The position numbers were made by a program, and so were the translations under genes. DNA of 64,000 bases from Prasinococcaceae sp. CCMP 1430 (lineage: Eukaryota > Plantae > Prasinodermophyta), in the NCBI GenBank assembly GCA_013416795.1, contig RQSC01001045.1:1-64000 (forward strand). The letters run 5' to 3'. This document shows, piece after piece, positions 55,501 through 64,000 of the stretch (position 1 is the first letter of the stretch; each line of letters begins with the position of its first letter). The notes below the pieces were generated by a model. It saw only the letters and a list, made by a program, of their open reading frames with translations. It did no database searches and was not told where the DNA came from.

Positions 55501-55954
55501 CGGTGATCGACTCGCGCCGCCCCTCCTTGCCCGCGTCGCCCATCATCGTCGCCTGTGCTCGCCCGCCAGCAGGCGCTGACGAGTACTTCCCGCGCTGGAT
55601 GCTCGTCGAGTACTTCAAGATCGCGTCCTGGCCGTAGATGCCAAGGTTAGTGTATGGATTGACTGAGATGAGCAGCGCCGAACATAGCGTGTAGATCTGG
55701 CCTTTGCTGTAGCGCGCCGCGACGTTCTCGAGCAGGGCGCCCTCGTGCAGCTCGTCCAGCCCGGACATGTCGGCGACGCCCGTCGGCGCGAGCCTCGACG
55801 CGGGTGCAACGTCGACAGCTCGCACGCCGGTGATGCGACCGCCGGAGGCGAGCAAGATGTCGGCTGTGCCACCACTGGTGCGCACCACCGCGCCACGCGC
55901 CCACGTGCCCTCATGCAGCGCGTACACCTGCGCGCCCGCCTCGAGTGCCTCCAT
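52502..55954 (-). CDS. Myosin heavy chain (N-terminal SH3-like, motor, about 2 IQ motifs, short tail)
   Basis: ISVNPY, GESGAGKTE, NPLLEAFGNAKT, NSSRFGK, LDIYGFE, FEQLCINYANE, HFVRCIKPN, YLLGRTKIF. Confidence 0.95.
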   Translation of the reverse strand: MEALEAGAQVYALHEGTWARGAVVRTSGGTADILLASGGRITGVRAVDVAPASRLAPTGVADMSGLDELHEGALLENVAARYSKGQIYTLCSALLISVNPYTNLGIYGQDAILKYSTSIQRGKYSSAPAGGRAQATMMGDAGKEGRRESITDGVLPPHLFGVADVAYTAMAERREPQAVVISGESGAGKTEGTKHLLRYLMARSVLVSGGASSQSGSNVEERILQSNPLLEAFGNAKTHVNDNSSRFGKLFELQYDASGARVIGANIHRYLLETSRVTSQQPGDRNYHIMYQLCRGADDALRQRLELPSDGVDGFVYLSAIPASTVIEGVDDAADFKRVCKAFEALGFEPAEVEHCWSLLGAVMHLGNVKVTGACDKGDSEICRGSMKSLRKAAELLGVPQDLLAEGLTRKKISGGRRESFATVALGVREASDGIHALARALYKRLFDWLVHRINDGFDGGGGAGVRKRANADANRQIAVLDIYGFESVDESTGAQNSFEQLCINYANEALHQQFLQSFFKLELKAFDEEDLPVANISFTDNQACIDLIEKRPKGLLVLLHEECSLPGGKGTDDSYAQKVHEVVAGTKHFAKAHPRMGHRAFVLQHFAADVTYDTTDFIVKNVDVLSSDLVETIVGSEKAFVSMVFKGDEGEAVETKGKRMVTVAARFTKQLASLRTTLSAATLHFVRCIKPNLKRSADSFDHPLVLRQMRYSGIKDLIVVRQQLSVYRVRATYVSIAEVYQGSGCKVTTPAQGKKLVLGLLKMLEIEESEYLLGRTKIFMKSDALQSFLMTRVRACTKISSTYRMHRQRKVYKELLAVQSAAVTRIATRWRGQMQRAKYIKMRDAERERERKEAEVRFRGQAKAAAPTAGTETAGGGAVVGVPPPPPAALVRRLAAATQQSSALLSPLGEVGGAKISQAASGTPPRPKAAAAVISGTLHSAASVSNAVVSGIQSMPHEKIKGDRALEGTCTSLYASGPRAPNSNSPAAALNNRDVSSARGIAGLPSTFNARMAPLGLPVTMNGIERAATRASPLSVPRHGMKPATLEEALDVISALEKEIAVLRHAFAQRAVGREDASKRAFEEAQRRADFWMAEALKNARERAGGRGGVGGTLLATRTGCSLPTTTQAHPSTRRALARPCRLHVIIKR

Positions 55955-57034
55955 CGCGAGCGCTGGAGGCGGATGCCGGCGTCGGCGCGCGCTATCGTGC
56001 CTGCCTTGTGCGTGACCGCAAGCCCCACCCGCCCTCTCCGCCCGCAGTCCGCCCGCAGTTAGCCGCCTCCACCCCCCGCCCCACCCGACCCCACCCCACG
56101 CGTGCGCGCGCGGGATGGCGCTTCCGCCGCGCCCGCCGCGAACCGGGCACACAAGAGCCGAGGACGCACGCGCACACACACACACACACACAGAGGGCAC
56201 GCACGCGCATGAGGCACGACCGCACCTCCCCACCCCCACCCACACGCGCACAGGCGCGCGCACGTGCGCACAGGCGCGCGCTCGCGCTCGTCCCGCGCGC
56301 GCGGGGGAACGCCGCCGCTGTGCCCCTTCGCGCCGCGTTTTTCTTTTTTGTGCGCGCGCATTTCGACGCGGAAAACGCGCCGAAAAGGCGCGGCGGAAAA
56401 AAACCGCGAGGCAGCTGGCGGTGCTGCGGGGGCGGGGCGGGTGTGAGGGGCGCCACACGGCGCGCGGCGGCGGCGCGGGCACGGGCCATGGTGCGTGTGC
56501 AGCGTGGGAGATTGCGCCTTCTTGACCCCTCCCCTCTTCACCACCCACGGGGTTCTCTCCCTCTGTGTGCGCGCGCGGGCGCGCGCGCTCGTGCGCGCGC
56601 TCTCGTGCGCGCGCGCTCTGTGATTTTCGCCGGCGCGCGCGCAGGGGCTCGCGCGAGCGCGAGCTCTTCGACGGCGAAATCCCCGCGCATCGCGCCGTCG
56701 CGCCCCGCGCCACCATCGACGCCACGCGCGCGGCCATCGCGGCCCTGAGGGCCGGGGACGGCCGAAGGATCGGGGGAGGAGAGGGGGGGAGGAGGGGGAG
56801 CGAGGCACGTGCGCGCACTGGCCAGCGCTCCCGCAACGCGAAACCGAAACGCGCAGAGGAGCGAATATCGCTTTTTCAAAACCTCGAACCCTTTTTTGGT
56901 AAGCAACCCTAAAAGTATGAACCCTTATTCCGCGCCGCGCGCGCCGGGTCGCGGCGCCTCGCCAGGGTCCGATCCGGGGAGCGGGCGCGCCCCCATTGAA
57001 AACGTTTCCGTCGTTTCGACTGAGACTATGCCAC

Positions 57035-57922
57035 ATGGCTTATTTTGCGGAATGCCACAATCAAGATCGAAATGCGCGTTTTTGTGGTGGGCGACGGCGG
57101 CGCGCCGCGGCGGCAGCCGCCGCGGCGACTGCCACGGCCATCGCCGCGGCCGATGCCGGCGCTGAGGCGTCTGCCGCAAGCGTGCAGGCCGCAGAGCCCC
57201 AGGCGCCCGGCACGCCATCCGCTGCAGCCCGTGAGGCGGATGGGGCCGCTGGCGCAGGCGATGCGGACATCGGCGGGATGGACGAGCTGGCCAAGGGGCT
57301 GGCGCGGCTATTCGAGGAGACCGCGGGCGGCGGCGGCGGCAGTGGCGGTGAGAGTGGCGATGGAGGCGGCGGGTTTGCGGAGGATGACCTGATGCGCACG
57401 CTGCAGCAACTTGCGGAGGGCGCCGGCGATGGCGCGGCTGGTGGCGGCTCAGCGGACGAGGCGGACGCGCGCGCACTCGAGGAGATGCTCGGTGCGCTCG
57501 GCGCAGGCCTCGAAGGCGGGGACGGCGGCGCCGGTGGGGATGGCGCTGAGATGGCGGGGCTAATGGAGTCGATGATGCATGCGCTGCTGAGCAAGGACGT
57601 GCTGCAACAGCCCATGTCGGAGATTGCCGACAAGTATCCGCGCTGGATCGACGCCAACCGCGACACGCTGTCGGCGTCCGAGGTGGAGATGTACGAGAAG
57701 CAGCTCGCACTCGTACGCGAGCTGCTCGTGGTGTACGACGAGGCTCCCGAGGACATGCCGCGCATCGCCAGGCTCATGGAGGAGATGCAATCCCTGGGCC
57801 AGCCGCCGGAGGAGATCGTGTCGGATCTCGTGCCCGGGGTCGAGTTCCAGGACGGTGCGCCAGTGCTGCCCGACCTAGGTGCGCAGGCGGGCATGCCGCC
57901 AGGCGCGTGCACCATCATGTAG
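57035..57922 (+). CDS. PEX19: Peroxin 19; start uncertain
   Basis: MMHALLSKDVLQQPM..KYPRW..YEKQ..LMEEMQSLGQPPEEI; C-terminal CaaX box CTIM. Confidence 0.92.
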   Translation: MAYFAECHNQDRNARFCGGRRRRAAAAAAAATATAIAAADAGAEASAASVQAAEPQAPGTPSAAAREADGAAGAGDADIGGMDELAKGLARLFEETAGGGGGSGGESGDGGGGFAEDDLMRTLQQLAEGAGDGAAGGGSADEADARALEEMLGALGAGLEGGDGGAGGDGAEMAGLMESMMHALLSKDVLQQPMSEIADKYPRWIDANRDTLSASEVEMYEKQLALVRELLVVYDEAPEDMPRIARLMEEMQSLGQPPEEIVSDLVPGVEFQDGAPVLPDLGAQAGMPPGACTIM

Positions 57923-58094
57923 GCACGAGCGCGGCGCACGCACGGCGGAAGCGTCCTAAGCATTTTTGCACCCCTCGGCGATGCGGCACGAGCGTACTGT
58001 AGCAAGGATGCGAACGCGCAGCTGCTGCCTGGCGCGGCGCGACGGCGCGGATGGCATCGCCGAGTTTTGGTGTCATTGTTTACGCGGGGCTCCC

Positions 58095-59002
58095 CTACAC
58101 CGCCAGCTCGTCCCACATCAGCGGGAGCTCGGGGCCCTGCACAATCTTGCGCGTGGCGCCATTCTTGTCGACAGTGACCAGCCTGGCGATGCCGCCGGAC
58201 GATCCGTCGCGGCTCATCGCGTGGGCCAGCGCGTCCCGCACGAACGTCTCGCACTCCTCCCTGTTCATCCCCTCCTTGAACGCTTTGTCGCAGAACCCCC
58301 AGATGTACGTCGAACCGCTGCCCTCAACGGCGTACGGAACCTTCACCATGCTGCCGCCGATCGGCAGCGCATACACAACCCCACCCTCGTACTTGTCCCA
58401 CCCAGCCACGATCATGCCCGCCATCAGCATGTCCTTGTTGTTGTAGTTGATCGCCGCGCAGAGGTTGGCGCCGGCCGACACCGTCGGCTTGGAATCGTCC
58501 AGCGTCAGCGCGTGCTGCTCCATGTAGTTACGTACGTGATCGCACACGAGCTGCGTGTCTGCTGCTGAGCCCGAGCGACACAGGTACACGCTGCCCTCGA
58601 TCAGCGGCGTGACCTTGTCGGACACGCGGTTCGACACGTACTGTGAACGCCGACGCACGGACGCGCGGCGCGCGAGTGCGACGGTGCATGCGCGTCAGCA
58701 GCTGTCCTCGAGCGCGAGAGCCGCACGCACAGGGGCCGAGGGCATGTCTGAGCGCTAGAGCACCGAGCGAGCGGATAGCCTCTCTCCCTCGCACGCTCTC
58801 GCTCTTGCGCTTGCTCGCTCGCTCGCGCGCGCCGCACCGTCCCGGTCGTCACCCGCGAGTCCGCGCCGAGCACCACGCCGCCATCGAACATGGCCGCGAC
58901 GATGGTAGTCCCCGTGGAGACGGCATCGCCCACCTTGGGCTGCGGCGGGATGTGCGGGTTCTCCCTCTCCGCGCACTCGATGTTGTGCTCGTCGACGTTC
59001 AT
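58095..59002 (-). CDS. PSMB6: 20S proteasome subunit beta-1; intron 58641-58837
   Basis: VSTGTTI..VVLGADSRVTTGT|YVSNRVSDK, CRSGSAADTQ, GSGSTYIWG, AMSRDGSSGG. Confidence 0.96.
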
Positions 59003-59060
59003 CGCCGCCGCCGCTCGCCCGGCGGCGAGGCGCGCGCGCTCGGCTCGCGCGCGCTCGCGG

Positions 59061-59340
59061 NNNNNNNNNNNNNNNNNNNNNNNNNNNNNNNNNNNNNNNN
59101 NNNNNNNNNNNNNNNNNNNNNNNNNNNNNNNNNNNNNNNNNNNNNNNNNNNNNNNNNNNNNNNNNNNNNNNNNNNNNNNNNNNNNNNNNNNNNNNNNNNN
59201 NNNNNNNNNNNNNNNNNNNNNNNNNNNNNNNNNNNNNNNNNNNNNNNNNNNNNNNNNNNNNNNNNNNNNNNNNNNNNNNNNNNNNNNNNNNNNNNNNNNN
59301 NNNNNNNNNNNNNNNNNNNNNNNNNNNNNNNNNNNNNNNN
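59061..59340. other. Assembly gap
   Basis: Run of N. Confidence 1.
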
Positions 59341-60548
59341 GGGCGCAGGCCGACGCGCGGGCGGTCAGCGCCGAGGCCGAGCGCGCGGCCGCCCTCGACA
59401 GACACCGCAGGGAGCAGGCGCGGCGCGACGCCGTTGCCGGGGCTGGCGGACGGCCCGCGAATGGGGCACTTGCGGCTGCTGAGGCGCGCGCAGCAGGAAA
59501 GCAGCCCGCCTCCGCGCGGCACAAGTCGCTCCAAGCGCAGGCGGCGCCGGCGCTGCAGAGAACGCAGGCGCAGGAGCAGCAGGAGCGCCAGCAGGCGCAG
59601 GCGCAGGCGCAGCAGCAGCAGCAGCAGCAGCGGGACGCACTGGGCGAGCCGCCTGCCAGCCTGGTCTCCTTCATCGTCAGCGGTGGAGATGGCGCGTCGG
59701 TACAGACGCTGCACAAGGTCTTCGCGAACATTCTCGCGCACCCCTCTGAGGCCAAGTACCGCCGGCTGCGTCTCACCAACCCCAAGGTGAACGAGCTCGT
59801 TGTAGAAGTCGACGGCGGGCTCGAGACGCTCACTGTGGAGGCAGGTTTCGATGTGACTTTCGAACCCGATCCAGGCGGTGATGGCGAGCAGGGCGTGGCC
59901 ACGCTGGCCGAGGGTGCAGACCTCGCGCCGCTCGAAGTTCTGTGCCGACACATGGAGGCCGCTCAGCCAGCTCTTCCCAAGGCGGCGCCCGCGCCGAGGA
60001 AGAGCGCGCTGGAGGCCCTCTCTGGTGGCGTTGGGCCGCGCCACGCCCGCGTGTACCGCCCGCCCCTCGATGGCTCAATGCGCGTTCCCGAGCTTCCGGA
60101 TGGTTTCTTTGACCTGACTGTGGCCGAGGCGCGCGCGGCTGCTGCAGGCGCCGCCTCGCGCCGCGAGGAGGCGTCGCAGCTCACCACTCGGGCGTACAAA
60201 GAGAGGCTCGCTCGGGAGCGCGCGGGCGGTGGCGCCGTGGGCGGCAGTGGCAGGCCGCCTACCACTCATGCGCTCGTGCGCGTGCGCTTGCCCAGTGGCA
60301 TGCTTTTACAAGCGGTGTTCGGCGCGAAAGAGCCAGCGTCCTCAGTGCGCTCGTTCGTCGCCGATGCACTCCTCGACCCGACCACAGAATTTGAGCTCTT
60401 CATGCAGCCTGGGCGGACCACGCTTCCTGAGAGCAAGACTATCCACGAGGCGGGCCTGTGCCCGGCCGCGTTGCTGAACATGAACGTTGTGCGCGGTGGC
60501 GCGGAGCTCAATGCGGAGCTTGGCGCGGTTGCGGAGCAGATGCCGTGA
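59341..60548 (+). CDS. PUB + UBX domain p97/CDC48 cofactor (UBXN6/PUX2-like); start in gap
   Basis: TLHKVFANILAHPSEAKYRRLRLTNPKV..LEAGF, LPDGFFDLTVAE, LVRVRLPSGMLLQAVF, GLCPAALL. Confidence 0.88.
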
Positions 60549-60673
60549 CCAACGCCCACTGTGCACATCGACGGCGGTCAGCGCACGCGCTCGCTCGCGC
60601 ACACCACACATACTGTAGACTACCTTCCTGTACACTGCGTGCTGATGATCGATTGCGCAGTCGATGGCACAAA

Positions 60674-63493
60674 TTAAAAAGTTACGATGGTGATCCCGGC
60701 GTGATCCTCCTGTAGCCAGTACTGCTTGATCCACGAGGTCTTCTGAAGCTTCGCATGCACGGCCTGGCGCATCTTGCCGCTGCCCTGGCCGTGGTTGATG
60801 AACAGCGTGGAGCCGCCCGACGTCGCCACGTCGTTAAGCCATCGATCGATCTCGTCTGCGGCGTCGCTCGGATAGAGCCCGCTACCAGCAAGCATGAGCG
60901 TGTTTCGCGTGGTCCGCGCATCCAGTTTCAGCTCTGTCTCACCGACCCCCATGTCGAAGCCGTCGCCACTGCCGCTGCGCTGCTCGTTGCCGAACGCGCC
61001 TGGCGTGCTTTGCGTGCGCTCGCCCTTGCCCCTGCGGACGGCAGTGATGGCGCCCGACATCTTGCGCATACTCGCCGCGTTTCCATCGCGGGCCGCATTC
61101 TGCAGCGCGCGCCGCTGCTTCCGCGACAGGCCTGCGCCGCCGCCTCTCGCGAGAACTGCGTCCGGGTCCGCCTTCTCGAGCAAGATTTCGCCCATGATGG
61201 TGCGTTCGATGCCAAACTCCTTAGGAAAGAGCTGCCCGACCTCCGCGGCGAACTCATCCGAGGCAAACAAGGCACCGTCAGGGGCGGAGGAGCGAAACTC
61301 CTCCAGAACGCGGTCCACCTCTGCATTCCCCTCGTCTTGCCAGGCGCTGGCCTTGGCGGCGGTGACGTCCTTCATGGCCTCGATGAGCTCCTCGAGTGAC
61401 GCCATGCCCTCCTCGAGCGCATACTCGGCCGACTCGCGCGTGCTGTCGGCGTTCGACGCTGACTCGTCACGGGCGCGCTCGGCGGCATCGGCGTCTGCCC
61501 GAGCGGCGTCGCGTGCTGCTGCTGCGGCGGCCGCAGCCTCCTCGGCGGCGTCCGCCAGCGCGCGCTCCTCATCGAGCTCGGCGCGCAGCGGCGCGTAGAG
61601 CGCCTCAGCACGTCGCTCAGCGGCCTCGCGCGCGCCGACCCCGCCCGCCTCAGCCTCCGCGCGCATCGCCTCAAGCCCCGCCCGCGCATCATCGAGCACA
61701 TCATCGGGAAGCACCCCAAGCGCGGCCGCCACAGCAATAGCGTTTGAGGCACCGGCGCCACCCCAGAGCAGCTTGTAGGTCGGGCGTAGCTCCGCGTAGT
61801 CGAACTCCACAGCGGCCGACGCAATGCGCCCTTGCAGCTCTGGCTCCGTAGATAGCATGCGCAGGCGGTCGAAGTGCGTCGTGGCGACGGCGAGACTGCC
61901 GCTACGCCCGGGTCCAGGGGTGCGCTCGCCGGCGGCGTCCCCGCCGGACGTCGACACCCCTGAGGCTCGCCTGCGCAGGAGCGCGTAGGCCAGCGCCGCA
62001 CCCTCCACCGGGTCTGTGCCGGAACCGAGCTCATCGCAGAGCAGCAGCGAGGCCGGGACACGCGCAGCGTAGGCCTCCGCCGCCTTGTACCGCGCGAGCT
62101 GCCCGGAGAAGGTACTCAGGTTCTCCCCCAGCGATTGTGCGTCGCCTATCACTGCAAGCACTGCAGGCCATACCGGCACGCGCGCGGCGGCAGCCGGGAC
62201 GAACATGCCGCTGCGGGCCATCAGCGCCGCCACCCCCACCGCCTTCAGGCAGGCAGTCTTGCCGCCGGCGTTGGGACCCGATATCACGACGGCGCTTACG
62301 TCGGAAGAGAGCTCCATGTCGAAGGGCACCGGCGGCTGCGGCAGCGCTGACGAAGACGCCGTGTCTGGCGAGTCAGACGCAGCCTCGTCCGCCCCCGCCG
62401 CTGGCTCGGAAGCGCTCGTGTCGCTGCCGCTGCCGCTCGTCGCGGCACGCGCGCGCGCGGATGGCGTGCCGGGCGGCGGCAGCGCCGCCGCTAGCATGAG
62501 CGGGTGACGCATCCGCTCGAGCCGCAGTGCCTCTTCAGCGTTGGCGGGGTCCACGAGCATGGGCTCGATTGCGCCGACCCACTCTGCGTGCCGCGCGCGC
62601 GCCTGCGCGAGGTCACACAGCTCAATCCACCTTTGCGCGGCGCGCGCCGCGGGTGCGCACGCGTGCACGAGCGTGCCGAGCTCTCGCAGCACTCGCATCT
62701 CCTCGGCGTAGATCTCGGCTCGCACGCGCTCGAGCGCGTTGTTTATGGCGGTGGCCTCGGCGGTTTCCACGAAGGCGGTCGCGCCTGAGGATGACATCGC
62801 CAGCACTGCCGCGTCGGGGAGCACCGCCCCGCGCCGGTCCTCGCGCACGGCGAGGCACGCGCGTCCGCGGCGCAGCACGACCTCCGCAGCGCGCCCGGGC
62901 GTCGCACTGAGAGGCGCGAGCTCTGCGTGGAGCGCGCGCAGCAGTGCGTCGACCTCGGTGTCGAGAGAGCGCTCCTCCGAGCGCAGCGCGGCGAGTGCCT
63001 CCGACGCGTCCAACTTCAGCGCGCCGCGCGAGTCACGCACCGCCGCGTGCACGGCGGACGCAGCTGCCGCGAGCGCGCTTGCCCCGCCTCCCCCCCCGCC
63101 ACCGCTGCCGCCGGCATCGTCGAGGAGCTCCTCGCAGCCCATGCGCTCGAACTGGCGCAGCGCAGACTCGTCGGGAAGCGCCGCTAGGGTCTCGAGCGCG
63201 GCAGAGGCGGTCTCTGCCACGGCCCAAAGCTGCTCTCCCGCCGGCGGAGCGGGCAGGTCGTCGCCCTCCGCTGAGCCCTCCTGTGTTCCCTCCTCCAGCA
63301 TCGCGCTCTCGGCGCACCTCTCGCACGCGCGGAGAGCTCCCCCGATGGGAAACGCGCGACTGAGCGCGTCTAACGCCTTAGGATCCGCGGCGAGGACGTC
63401 CCTGGCCGAGGCCGTCTCGCGCATGAGCGCGCGCGCGCCGGCGAGCTCGGTCGCGGCGGGGACGCGCGCCTCGAGCGCCGCGCGCTCGCCCAT
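60674..63493 (-). CDS. MUTS2: MutS2 with C-terminal Smr domain (plastid-type); N-terminus may be incomplete
   Basis: MSSSGATAFVE, RHPL, ISGPNAGGKT, IGDAQSL..LSTFSG, DELGSGTDPVEG, ATTHF, YKLLWG..SNA, INHGQGSG. Confidence 0.93.
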   Translation of the reverse strand: MGERAALEARVPAATELAGARALMRETASARDVLAADPKALDALSRAFPIGGALRACERCAESAMLEEGTQEGSAEGDDLPAPPAGEQLWAVAETASAALETLAALPDESALRQFERMGCEELLDDAGGSGGGGGGGASALAAAASAVHAAVRDSRGALKLDASEALAALRSEERSLDTEVDALLRALHAELAPLSATPGRAAEVVLRRGRACLAVREDRRGAVLPDAAVLAMSSSGATAFVETAEATAINNALERVRAEIYAEEMRVLRELGTLVHACAPAARAAQRWIELCDLAQARARHAEWVGAIEPMLVDPANAEEALRLERMRHPLMLAAALPPPGTPSARARAATSGSGSDTSASEPAAGADEAASDSPDTASSSALPQPPVPFDMELSSDVSAVVISGPNAGGKTACLKAVGVAALMARSGMFVPAAAARVPVWPAVLAVIGDAQSLGENLSTFSGQLARYKAAEAYAARVPASLLLCDELGSGTDPVEGAALAYALLRRRASGVSTSGGDAAGERTPGPGRSGSLAVATTHFDRLRMLSTEPELQGRIASAAVEFDYAELRPTYKLLWGGAGASNAIAVAAALGVLPDDVLDDARAGLEAMRAEAEAGGVGAREAAERRAEALYAPLRAELDEERALADAAEEAAAAAAAARDAARADADAAERARDESASNADSTRESAEYALEEGMASLEELIEAMKDVTAAKASAWQDEGNAEVDRVLEEFRSSAPDGALFASDEFAAEVGQLFPKEFGIERTIMGEILLEKADPDAVLARGGGAGLSRKQRRALQNAARDGNAASMRKMSGAITAVRRGKGERTQSTPGAFGNEQRSGSGDGFDMGVGETELKLDARTTRNTLMLAGSGLYPSDAADEIDRWLNDVATSGGSTLFINHGQGSGKMRQAVHAKLQKTSWIKQYWLQEDHAGITIVTF

Positions 63494-64000
63494 GGGATTC
63501 CACCCTCAACATTCCCCTCCCGACGCAACCCTCTGCGCACACACCCACCGCCTGCAGGGCGCCGGCTGCGCGCCGTGTGGCGCACCGCGAGTGCGCCGCA
63601 GATAACACCATCAAAATGCACGAAAAAACAACGCGTGCGTTTTGACCTCGGCCCTCAGCCTCAGACGCGGAGGCTCACGCAGTGCATTTTGACGTAGACG
63701 TGTGCTTTTTGATGGAGCGGTGGCTGTGGGTGGCCGGGGCCGAAGGGGTACACACACACACGCGCGGCGAGTCGCGGGCGGGCGCGCGCGGCTGCGCCGG
63801 CGCCGCCCGTGTGTGTGCGTGTGTGTGAGGGGGCGGGGGAAGGGATGGTCGTGGCTCGTTGTAGCGGGCCCGCGCGGGGATCCTGGCGGAAGGGAGAGAT
63901 GATGGCGGAGGGGCGGCTTGTCGGCACGCGCGTTGCGCGTTGCGCGCTCCGGTGGGCGCGGTGGCGGTCCGAGCGAGGAGCGGCGAAGGGGCACGGCGCC

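Noticed and set aside
3424-58837. Introner-like repeated introns
   Set aside because: Introns share only donor, branch-point and acceptor consensus; no extended similarity is visible.

Overview
Gene-dense, very GC-rich eukaryotic nuclear DNA, most likely a prasinophyte-grade green alga (species not identifiable from the window). Supporting signs are plastid-type genes (fibrillin, MutS2, DUF1350), short GT-AG introns with GTGCGY/GTRAGT donors and CTGAC/CTAAC branch points, and TGTAA poly(A)-signal-like motifs after several stops. About 34 protein-coding genes or fragments are recognisable, plus one tRNA-Gly(CCC). The draft assembly is imperfect: several N-gaps, six single-N joints, apparent frameshifts, and three head-to-head junctions where both genes lack 5' ends. 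Best lead: a glutaredoxin with an in-frame TGA at the catalytic position (T-U-P-F-C) and a candidate SECIS hairpin in its 3'UTR, which the ORF track cuts short. Other leads: a non-cyanobacterial-looking class II FBPase (GlpX); an animal-type CBS whose heme-ligand Cys appears to be Phe; a CLC with a GGGVT filter motif; an OATP/SLCO transporter; CBA1; PCIF1; and a myosin with Ser at the TEDS site. All family calls rest on motif recognition from memory; no database search was run.
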